Positions 37,091 to 44,470 of a DNA stretch of 64,000 bases are shown piece by piece. Below the pieces are notes generated by a model. It was not told the origin of the DNA. It was given only the letters and a program-made list of their open reading frames with translations, and searched no databases. The stretch is from Thermodesulfobacteriota bacterium. Lineage in GTDB: Bacteria; Desulfobacterota; Desulfobulbia; Desulfobulbales; JBFMBH01. The stretch lies in assembly GCA_040755095.1 (NCBI GenBank), contig JBFMBH010000005.1, positions 479 to 64,478 on the forward strand. Reading direction: 5' to 3'. Position 1 is the stretch's first letter. Each line of letters begins with the position of its first letter. Position numbers and translations under genes: made by a program.

Positions 37091-37325
37091 CGCGGGACCG
37101 CATGGAGATGGTGGAAGCAGGAGGCGTCCCGGGCTGGCGTGGTGCGGGCGGAGTGCCGGTTTGGGCCTGGAATGACTGCCGGCCGCCGGTGCGCAACCCT
37201 GGTTGATTTCAGTCCAGGGGGCAGAGTATGATGGTTTCTGGTAACTGGGCGTCCTGAAAGGACGTTCCTGTTCGGTCGGAGCTCGGATCGCCAGCAGGCC
37301 GGGAGCGGAACGGAGGCACAGCCCT

Positions 37326-37979
37326 ATGGTCCGGATCATGATCGTCGACGATCATACCATTCTCAGGCAGGGGGTGAAAGAGCTCCTGTCCCTCAACGAT
37401 GAGTTCGAGGTGGTGGGAGAGGCAGCCGACGGCCGCGAGGCCCTGGCCCTGGTGGAGCGCTGCCACCCGGATGTGGTCTTCATGGACATCTCCATGCCCG
37501 GAATGGGGGGGATCGCCGCCACCCGGGAGATCAAGAAGCGCTCCCCCGAGGTGAAGGTGATCATTCTCACCATGTACCACAACAGCCAGTATGTTCACGA
37601 GAGCTTCCAGGCCGGCGCCAGCGGTTACCTTCTCAAGGCGGCCTCCTTCAACGAGCTGGCCTTGGCCGTGCAATCGGTGGTGGAGGGCAAGACCTACCTG
37701 AGCCCTGGCATCTCCGACCAGATTGTCCGCACCTTCCTGGCGGCCGGTGACGAAGCCGCCAAGAGGAGCCCCTGGGACACCTTGTCTCCCCGGGAGAAGG
37801 AGGTGGTACGCCTGGCGGTGGCTGGGAAGACCAGTCAGGAGATTGGCGATATCCTGTGCATCAGCTCCAAGACGGTGCGGGTGCACCTGTCCAACATCAT
37901 GAAGAAGCTGGACATCCATTCCCGCACCGATTTGGTGCGCTTCGTGCACGCCATGGAAGAGATGGGGCGGGATGTCTGA
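37326..37979 (+). CDS. NarL/FixJ (LuxR-type HTH) response regulator
   Basis: IMIVDDH...VFMDISMPGMGG...GYLLK, then LSPREKEVVRLAVAGKTSQEIGDILCISSKTVRVHLSNIMKKL. Confidence 0.9.
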   Translation: MVRIMIVDDHTILRQGVKELLSLNDEFEVVGEAADGREALALVERCHPDVVFMDISMPGMGGIAATREIKKRSPEVKVIILTMYHNSQYVHESFQAGASGYLLKAASFNELALAVQSVVEGKTYLSPGISDQIVRTFLAAGDEAAKRSPWDTLSPREKEVVRLAVAGKTSQEIGDILCISSKTVRVHLSNIMKKLDIHSRTDLVRFVHAMEEMGRDV

Positions 37980-38006
37980 GAAGGCCGTCGAAGTCCAGGG
38001 GGGCAT

Positions 38007-38042
38007 CAACACAAAAGGGGCCGCAAGGCCCCTTTTGTGTTG
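38007..38042. terminator. Strong bidirectional intrinsic terminator between convergent genes
   Basis: Perfect 14-bp stem ACACAAAAGGGGCC-gcaa-GGCCCCTTTTGTGT with a GNRA-type loop. Both arms contain A/T runs, so it reads as a U-tailed hairpin on either strand. Confidence 0.75.
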
Positions 38043-38073
38043 GCAGGAGTCTGGAGCTGCTTCGGGCGCCGGT

Positions 38074-38613
38074 CTAGAGCATGAACCGCTCCAGGCGCTC
38101 TCGACAGGCCGCCAGGGCCTGGCGGGCCCGATTCAGGTCTTCCTGCTCCAGGGCCTGTGCCGCGGCTGATTCCCCGTTCCGCACCTCCCGCAGGCCGTCC
38201 CGCAGGCTGGCCAGCGTGGCATTGATGGTCGCGGCCAGGTCCTTCATGGTGTCATGCTCCCGGAGGCGAACCTGGACGGTGAGGTCCCCTCTCTGGACGG
38301 CCTGCAGATCCTGCTCGATCCGGTACATGGGGCCGGCGATCTTCTGGGGCAGGAAGATCGCGAGCAAGGCTCCCCCCAGGAGGCTGACCAGAGAGCCGGC
38401 AATCACCACCGGCAGCAGGAGGTCGCTCACCCGGCGGATCTTCAGATGGGCCTCGTAGAAGGAGGCGGCCGTTTCGTGGCGGGCATAGAAATAGAGGATC
38501 AGCGCCGCCACCAGGGAGCTGAGGATGATGGTGCCCAGGATGCGCACCAGGAGCCAGACCTGGAATTGCCTCTTGACGTTGAGATTGAGCTTTTTGCGCT
38601 TGTAGTGCGGCAT
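38074..38613 (-). CDS. Small two-TM membrane protein with HAMP-like domain
   Basis: TM1 VWLLVRILGTIILSSLVAALILYFY; TM2 LLLPVVIAGSLVSLLGGALLAIFL. Followed by PQKIAGPMYRIEQDLQAVQRGDLTVQVRLREHDTMKDLAATINATL (HAMP pattern). Confidence 0.65.
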   Translation of the reverse strand: MPHYKRKKLNLNVKRQFQVWLLVRILGTIILSSLVAALILYFYARHETAASFYEAHLKIRRVSDLLLPVVIAGSLVSLLGGALLAIFLPQKIAGPMYRIEQDLQAVQRGDLTVQVRLREHDTMKDLAATINATLASLRDGLREVRNGESAAAQALEQEDLNRARQALAACRERLERFML

Positions 38614-38719
38614 TCCCCCCTCCTCGCAACGCTTGGGTGGTCCCCTTGGTTCCCTTCTCTATTCCCGTTCGCAGATGGTGGCGGCGCCGGACCGGAAAGC
38701 ATCCGCTGCTGCCGCCCGC

Positions 38720-39904
38720 CTACGCGAGATCCTTGTGACAGCCGATGCACAGCTCCTTCTTGGACGGCTTGCGCAGCCGGAATTCAATGCTGGCGCCATG
38801 GTCGGCATGACAGGAGTTGCAGGTGATCCGTCCGTCCTCCAGGGTGTTGTATTCCTCCGGGATGGTCATCCCTTCCCGGGGGTAGACGTTCACAGGATGG
38901 GAGAGGACGTCCTTGGCTTCCTTGTGGCAGGTGTAGCAGATGGTGATGTTGGTCTCGAGCTCACTCCGCAAAGGAGGATGGTCGTCCGGCTTGCTGGCCC
39001 GCGCTCGTGGCTCGGGGGCCGCGGCTGTCCTCACCGGGGGCGGCGCTCCCACGGCCAGGCGCACTGGCTGGTTGGCGGCGAAGCGGACCAGGTAGCGATC
39101 GCCGTTGCGCAGGATGGTGTGCTCAAGCTCGATCACCTCGCTGCCCGCCTCCGCCGCCACCTCGACCGGTGAGACCGAGGTGGCCGTGGAGAGCTCCATG
39201 GCCTGCGATTCGCTCCGATTGCCGAACATGTCCTGGGATGCCACCCGGAAGCTGTATGTGGTCTTGGCCTTGAGGCCGGACAGGAGCACTTCGTGCTTGA
39301 GGCTCAGGTCATTGTCCGTGGGGGACTCGTTGTCCATGGCGCCGACACCGTAGAGCACCCGACTGTCCGCCACCTCGTCGGTGCGCCAGGCAATGGTGGC
39401 CGAGTAGAAGACCCCTCGCCGCACCTCTTTGACCTTGAGATCAGCGATCCGGGGCGGCGTGTGGTCATTGACCAGGGGGGGCAGGTCCTCCAGAGGGGGC
39501 AGGTCGAGCTGCTCGCTCACCAGGCCGCCGTGGCCATTGCTGGCCTTGACATAGAGGACATCGTCCACATCCGCCGGCGGGATCACAAACACATGCTCGG
39601 GCTGCGCCAGACCGCTTTCTCCCAGCCAGCGCAGATTGCGGGGCATGTCCGTGGTGGCGCGGCCCCTGGCGCCCTTGGTAGCGGTCCGGGTGGGGGCCAG
39701 ATGGCAGACGTGGCACTCGCGCCGCAGGAACGGCAGATGGATGAAGGGCTTGGCCAAGCTCTCGTCGCATTCCTGCTTGTGGCATTCGTAGCACGCCTCC
39801 GGGTCGTTGGGATCAGCGGCCGGGGCGCTGTGGGCAGCGGGACCGAGGGCGGCCAGGGCAGCGGCCAGCCCGGTGGCCAGAACGAGGTACTTGGGAGCAG
39901 CCAT
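38720..39904 (-). CDS. Secreted pentahaem cytochrome c with central fibronectin-type-III-like domain
   Basis: Signal peptide MAAPKYLVLATGLAAALAALGPAAHSA. Haem motifs CYECH, CHVCH, CYTCH, CNSCH and CIGCH. The middle segment ...YSATIAWRTDEVADSRVLYG...LLSGLKAKTTYSFRVASQDMFGN is FN3-like. Confidence 0.85.
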   Translation of the reverse strand: MAAPKYLVLATGLAAALAALGPAAHSAPAADPNDPEACYECHKQECDESLAKPFIHLPFLRRECHVCHLAPTRTATKGARGRATTDMPRNLRWLGESGLAQPEHVFVIPPADVDDVLYVKASNGHGGLVSEQLDLPPLEDLPPLVNDHTPPRIADLKVKEVRRGVFYSATIAWRTDEVADSRVLYGVGAMDNESPTDNDLSLKHEVLLSGLKAKTTYSFRVASQDMFGNRSESQAMELSTATSVSPVEVAAEAGSEVIELEHTILRNGDRYLVRFAANQPVRLAVGAPPPVRTAAAPEPRARASKPDDHPPLRSELETNITICYTCHKEAKDVLSHPVNVYPREGMTIPEEYNTLEDGRITCNSCHADHGASIEFRLRKPSKKELCIGCHKDLA

Positions 39905-40269
39905 GATGCATCCTCAGCGAGCAATGAGCACGAAGCGCCCCACCTGAGGACCTTGACGCCTTCCCTCCTCCATCGGGGGCTTGTCAGGGTCCGGGCCGAC
40001 CGCAACGCCTCGATCGTGTGCGCAGACGAGGTCGCACCTGGCGACCTCGCCCATCAGCAGGAAGCCCGAGGGGCGATCCTGCGACGTCAATGGAGAGGGT
40101 GGGAGTCAGCTCCCTGTGAACGGTGGGTGGCGTGTGGCGCCGGTGGGGCACCGAAGCTCCACAAAGCCATTATAGAACAATGGCCGAGGCATTTCCAGAT
40201 GCCGCTGCCGGTCGCGGTTGCGAGAAAATCCCTTGACAAGGGCAGCGGGGGGCGACTAATGGACAAGGC

Positions 40270-41718
40270 ATGCGCTCCTTCATCCTCCTTCTTGCGTTGG
40301 TGCTTGCTGCCTGTACCCCCGGTCCTGGCAAGCCTGGGCGTCAGGTGCCGCCGGCCGACGCCGCTGGCCTGGCCGTCTATCTCACCGCCTCGGAGCCGCT
40401 GGCCACGGAGGTTTCGTTCGAGCTCAATGGGCTCGCCCTCTTCAATGGCGTCGAATGGCTGCTCCTGGATCCGGGGCCCCAGACGATCAGCGCCCAGGCC
40501 GTGGGGGAGGGTCAGATGCTGTTGGGCTTTTTTGCGGTGCCGCCCGGGGATTACACCCGGCTGCGGGGCACCGTCGGCCCGGCTCGGGTCTCCGAACGGG
40601 GCGACGGCGTCCGCCTGGTGGGCCAGGCCGAGGAGCGGGAGCTGGGCTTTGAGGCCAAGATGCGGCTGGTGGCCGGTCAGCGGGCCTGCCTGCTGGTGGA
40701 CTGGCGGGTGCGCTCGTCTCTCCAGGACAAGGACTGGACCCCGGTCCTGACCGTGACGCCGCAGATGCCGGCCATGACCCGGGAGCTCCTCTATGTGGCC
40801 TGCGACGATATCGACACGGTATTCGTGGTGCGCATGGATACCAACCACGTGGTGGCCGCCTTTGGGGTCCGGGGCGGGCCCACTCAGCTGCGCTACGATG
40901 ACGCCGTGCCCATCCTCTATATACTGGCAAGAGAGACTCGCCTGATCACCGGCCACGACCCCTACGGCAACCGCCAGCTGTCGCGGGCCTTCCTGGGAGG
41001 GCTGCCCGAGCCCCGGTACTGGGATCTGTCCAGGGATGGCCGCTGGGCGTTCGTGACCGACACCGACCAGGCGCTCCTGCAGAAGATCGATGTCACCTCC
41101 GGCTTCGTGGCCCGCCAGCAGTCCTTGAGCCAGCGTCCGGGACGGGTGTTGTTTGTGGCCGAGGCGGAGTCGGGACGGCTGCGCCGGGAGCTGGTGGCGG
41201 TCGCCATGCCCCAGGCCCAGCTGGTGGCCTTCTTCGACCCCGAGACCCTGGAGGTGCTGGAGCCGGCCAGCCTGACGCCGGTCGGTGCCGGCGCCTTGAC
41301 CGGCGTTGACTCGGGCATGGAGCCCGGCCAGATGCTGATGGTGCAGGGCCTCCTCCATGTGGCGGATCGGTTGTCCGGCACCGTGACCATCTACGACCTC
41401 AACCGGGGGCGGCATCTGGCGCGGGTGGCTGTGGGCCTGGAGCCGGTGGCCCTGCTGGCCGGCAAGCAGGACCGCGTCTATGTCAGCCACGCCGGCAGCA
41501 GCAACGTCATGGCCCTGGCCCGGGGCCATCACGCGGTGCTCAAGGATGTGTTCGTGGGGCCGCAGCTGGGGGAGATGGCTCGCCACCTGCGGCGGGGCAG
41601 CCTCTATGTGGCGGTGCAGGGGACCCAGGCCGTGGCGGTCCTGGATCTCAACTCCGACGCCCTGCGGGCGCAGATCCCCTTGCCGGGGCGGCCGGTCTCC
41701 CTGCTGGCCGTCGAATAG
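40270..41718 (+). CDS. Lipoprotein with N-terminal beta-sandwich (DUF4382-like) and YVTN/YncE-like beta-propeller
   Basis: Lipobox LVLAAC. Repeated units such as LYVACDDIDTVFVVRMDTNHVVAAF, RWAFVTDTDQALLQKIDVTSGFV and LYVAVQGTQAVAVLDLNSDAL. Confidence 0.7.
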   Translation: MRSFILLLALVLAACTPGPGKPGRQVPPADAAGLAVYLTASEPLATEVSFELNGLALFNGVEWLLLDPGPQTISAQAVGEGQMLLGFFAVPPGDYTRLRGTVGPARVSERGDGVRLVGQAEERELGFEAKMRLVAGQRACLLVDWRVRSSLQDKDWTPVLTVTPQMPAMTRELLYVACDDIDTVFVVRMDTNHVVAAFGVRGGPTQLRYDDAVPILYILARETRLITGHDPYGNRQLSRAFLGGLPEPRYWDLSRDGRWAFVTDTDQALLQKIDVTSGFVARQQSLSQRPGRVLFVAEAESGRLRRELVAVAMPQAQLVAFFDPETLEVLEPASLTPVGAGALTGVDSGMEPGQMLMVQGLLHVADRLSGTVTIYDLNRGRHLARVAVGLEPVALLAGKQDRVYVSHAGSSNVMALARGHHAVLKDVFVGPQLGEMARHLRRGSLYVAVQGTQAVAVLDLNSDALRAQIPLPGRPVSLLAVE

Positions 41719-41729
41719 GCGGAAAAAGA

Positions 41730-41758
41730 GCGGCCCCCTGGCTGAGCCAGGGGGCCGC
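41730..41758 (-). terminator. Intrinsic terminator downstream of OmcS-like gene 2 (also closes the convergent + strand gene)
   Basis: 13-bp stem GCGGCCCCCTGGC-tga-GCCAGGGGGCCGC. On the minus strand it is followed by TCTTTTTCC. Confidence 0.7.
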
Positions 41759-41838
41759 GGTCATGTGGCCCGGGGCGGCAGGAGGAGGGAGGAGATGGCG
41801 AGAGGAGCCGCCCCGGAAAAGGATCTTCCTCAGGAGAT

Positions 41839-42939
41839 CTAGTCCTTGTTGGTATGACACTTGAAGCAGCCCGAGTCTGCAGCTGCGCCGGCATTGTGGG
41901 CGTTCATGGTGGCGTAGTCCCAGCGGAGCAGGTCGTCGAAGGATGTGCCGTGTGCCCGGTGGCAGGAGATGCAGGTGACGATGGCCTGGCCGGCCACCGC
42001 CGGATTGACCGCTGCGGCCAGGTTGACCACGCCCACCGGCGCCTCGGCGTTGTCGACGTACGCGGCGTACTCGGAGCCGGTGGCGTCGCTCAGGTCGAAG
42101 TCCACCGGATGCCGCAGCCAGGGCGCGCCGAAGGTGGAGTCAACGCCGGTGTTGCCGGTGCCGCTGTGGAAGTTGCCGTGGCACTCGGCGCACAGGAAGC
42201 TGATGGTGCTCTTGTCCACCGAGGCCAGCTCGTCGCTGATCCGGTCCTTGCCCTTGTACTTGTTGCGATCAACGCTGGTCTCGTTCTCCCAGTCGTTGTC
42301 CTCGACGCCGGTGATCCCCATCAGGAAGCGGAAGCTCTTGCCCACGGTGCTGCCGTCGAGGGTGGCATCATCGGCATGGTGGGCGCCGGAGATGTCCTGG
42401 AAGTCGTCCGCTGCCGCATGCTTGCCGTGGCAGCCATAGGAGCCGGCGCAGGTCAGCTGGCTGGCCCAGGAGGCGGCACCGCCCGCCACCTGCGAGCCGC
42501 CGGTGGGGGTGAAGGTGGCGTCGTTGCTCCAGCCGGGGGGCGTCAGGCCAAAGGCCGCGCCATCCTGGGTGGCGATCCCCTTGACGTTGTGGCCCTTCTT
42601 GTCGACATCACCCTGGGCGTCCGCCACCCAGTAGAAGTTGCCGCCGGCCAGCACGCTGGTCACCGGCGAGGGGGCAGCGTCGGTCTTCAGGACCAGGGGG
42701 ATGTTGCTGGAGCCGCCCAGGAGCGCCGTGCCGCTGTGGCAGCCGACGCAGTCGCCCCGGGTCAGGGCCCGTTGCGGGGTGTTTGTGCCGTCATTGGCCA
42801 TGCTGGCGCCGTTCTGGGAGTTGTGCATGGTGTGACAGTCCGAGCAGACGCCGGTGACCCGGGCCTCGGCATTCCCGCTCAAGCCGCAGAATGCCAGCGC
42901 GAAACCGAAGGCAACGATGGAACCATACAGCTTCTTCAT
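41839..42939 (-). CDS. OmcS-like hexahaem cytochrome c, paralogue 2
   Basis: Signal peptide MKKLYGSIVAFGFALAFCGLSGNAEA. Motifs CSDCHTMHNSQ, CVGCH, CAGSYGCH, CAECH, WLRHP, CISCHRAHG and C-terminal GCFKCHTNKD. GAAGGAG RBS before ATG 42939. Confidence 0.85.
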   Translation of the reverse strand: MKKLYGSIVAFGFALAFCGLSGNAEARVTGVCSDCHTMHNSQNGASMANDGTNTPQRALTRGDCVGCHSGTALLGGSSNIPLVLKTDAAPSPVTSVLAGGNFYWVADAQGDVDKKGHNVKGIATQDGAAFGLTPPGWSNDATFTPTGGSQVAGGAASWASQLTCAGSYGCHGKHAAADDFQDISGAHHADDATLDGSTVGKSFRFLMGITGVEDNDWENETSVDRNKYKGKDRISDELASVDKSTISFLCAECHGNFHSGTGNTGVDSTFGAPWLRHPVDFDLSDATGSEYAAYVDNAEAPVGVVNLAAAVNPAVAGQAIVTCISCHRAHGTSFDDLLRWDYATMNAHNAGAAADSGCFKCHTNKD

Positions 42940-43607
42940 GTCAGTGCTCCTTCTTCGAGAAGAGGTGTCGGTGATGCATGACCTGCGATGTTGTTGTTGG
43001 TAAGTCACATCCCTCCCTGTGGTCGCATTATGCTCATTTGGGCCTCATCCCGGTAATGAGCGTACTGTCCATCCCATAATGACCTCCTCATCCCCAAGAG
43101 TTGTCGTTGAGAGCACTCCTTGCTCCAATTATCTCAGATTCCGATCCCTCATTCCATAAGGCAAGTGCTGTATTCTTCTCTGAGCACCTGCTCATCATCC
43201 GTCAGCCGTCTGCTTTGCTGCTACGCGGATCAGTCACTCGGGCTCATGGCGTTGAAACCAGTCCTTGGAATCAGTGTATCATAGCTGCCAAGGGGATTGA
43301 ATGGGATAAGTGTTTATTTTTGCCTAAGCCCATGCTTAGCATGCAGTAAGCCCAGGTGATTTGGCGATGGGCAGTTTTTGGCCATTGTTCAATGTAAAGA
43401 AAACGGTATGGCTTCGGCAAGAGAGCATGTCTTCACCTCTGGCGGGCAGAAGATGAAGCGACTTGACAGATCCGGAGTGGGCGAAGGGGGGAGGAGCGGG
43501 GAATACCCCTCAGACAACGGCGCGTCCAGACGGACCTGGACGCTGCTTCAGGCCCGGTACCGCTTCGAGAAGGGCGAGCTTCTGAGAGGGCGAGGCAGGT
43601 GAAACGC
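42940..43607 (-). promoter_or_regulatory. Long, visibly A+T-enriched non-coding leader/promoter region upstream of OmcS-like gene 2
   Basis: 668 bp without a credible ORF, clearly lower in G+C than the flanks. Possible sigma70-like TTGCCG-N18-TACATT (minus strand, 43391-43420). Nested hairpin ATTAT...GCTCATT-N16-AATGAGC-ATAAT at about 43024-43080. Palindrome CTAAGC-ccat-GCTTAG at 43324-43339. Confidence 0.4.
43522..43543 (-). terminator. Possible terminator after the 12-haem cytochrome gene
   Basis: 8-bp stem GCGTCCAG-N6-CTGGACGC, followed on the minus strand by GCCGTTGTCTG (only a weakly U-rich tail). Confidence 0.4.
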
Positions 43608-44408
43608 CTACATCATCATGGCGTGGGGATCGATATGGCAGGAAAGGCAGTTGGTGGGGTTGGCAATGCTCTTGTCATGGGGATTGCCGTGGCAGGTCAG
43701 GCACTCCGGCAGCAGGTCCGGGCCGTGGCCGAAGCGGTGGCAGAACACGCAGATGAAGGCACCGTGCTTGGTCTTGTTGGTCCGCTGCAGCTCCAGCTGC
43801 TCCGGGTGACAGCCGCCACAGTACGTGGACGGGATGTCCGTTGACCAGGCCACATGGGTCGGCTCATGGGGCTGGTGGCAGCGTAGGCAGGCGCCGTAAT
43901 CCATGCCCTCCACATGGGCCTGGTGGCATTTGAGGCAGGTCTTGAAGGTGCGGTGCACCGGGTGGCAGAAGGAGCAGTCCACCTCGGCATGGGCGCTGGG
44001 GAATTCCTGCATGGCGTCCCCGGGGTAGGGGTGGCAGGACAGGCAGGCCGGCTTGTTGTCGCTATCCTCCCGGAAGGTGATGAGCAGGGGCCGGTGGGGA
44101 TCCTGGTGGCAGGTCAGACACTCGGCCCGGGCGGCGAAGTGCTTGTTGGCAGCGGGCTGGTGGCAACGGGAGCATGCGGGCACCGCGTTCGTGCCCCGGG
44201 GGGGGTGCTCCACGTGGCAGTCCAGGCAGGTGACCCGGGTGCGGTGGCGCTCGCCGTCCTCGAAGATCGCCTTCTGCTGGTCGGGATGGCACTTCTTGCA
44301 GTCGGCGTTGGTCAGGACAGGGGGCTGGGCCCCGGCCTCCAGCACGGCAACCAAGAGACTTGCTGCCAGCACGCCCGCGATACCTGCCCAATAACCTTTG
44401 CTGTCCAC
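43608..44408 (-). CDS. Dodecahaem cytochrome c (12 CxxCH in 266 aa; poly-c7/c3-like)
   Basis: GTG start after GGGAGG. N-terminal hydrophobic segment WAGIAGVLAASLLVAVLEAGA. Twelve CxxCH motifs spaced about 15-25 aa apart. Confidence 0.9.
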   Translation of the reverse strand: MDSKGYWAGIAGVLAASLLVAVLEAGAQPPVLTNADCKKCHPDQQKAIFEDGERHRTRVTCLDCHVEHPPRGTNAVPACSRCHQPAANKHFAARAECLTCHQDPHRPLLITFREDSDNKPACLSCHPYPGDAMQEFPSAHAEVDCSFCHPVHRTFKTCLKCHQAHVEGMDYGACLRCHQPHEPTHVAWSTDIPSTYCGGCHPEQLELQRTNKTKHGAFICVFCHRFGHGPDLLPECLTCHGNPHDKSIANPTNCLSCHIDPHAMMM

Positions 44409-44470
44409 CGTCGCCTCCCGCCGGTGGGCCCACCGGCATGTGCCCAGGCCAGTCGCCCAGGAAGCCTGGG

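Noticed and set aside
43101-43602. Small ORFs 43101..43349 (+) and 43378..43602 (+) in the A+T-rich intergenic region
   Set aside because: They have TTG starts without an RBS and a composition unlike the rest of the genome's proteins. They lie antisense to the expected leader of OmcS-like gene 2, so I treated them as non-coding.
42940-43607. GEMM-I-type c-di-GMP/cGAMP riboswitch upstream of the OmcS-like genes (as known upstream of Geobacter omcS); also checked 19066-19393 and 46676-47091
   Set aside because: I read the minus strand of all three leaders. I did not find the GEMM-I core (GGCAAACC...GAAA...GACGCAAAGCC...) or its two adjacent stem-loops. The nearest string, GCAGCAAAGCAGACGG at about 43205-43225, lacks the flanking helices. 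A covariance-model scan would be decisive.
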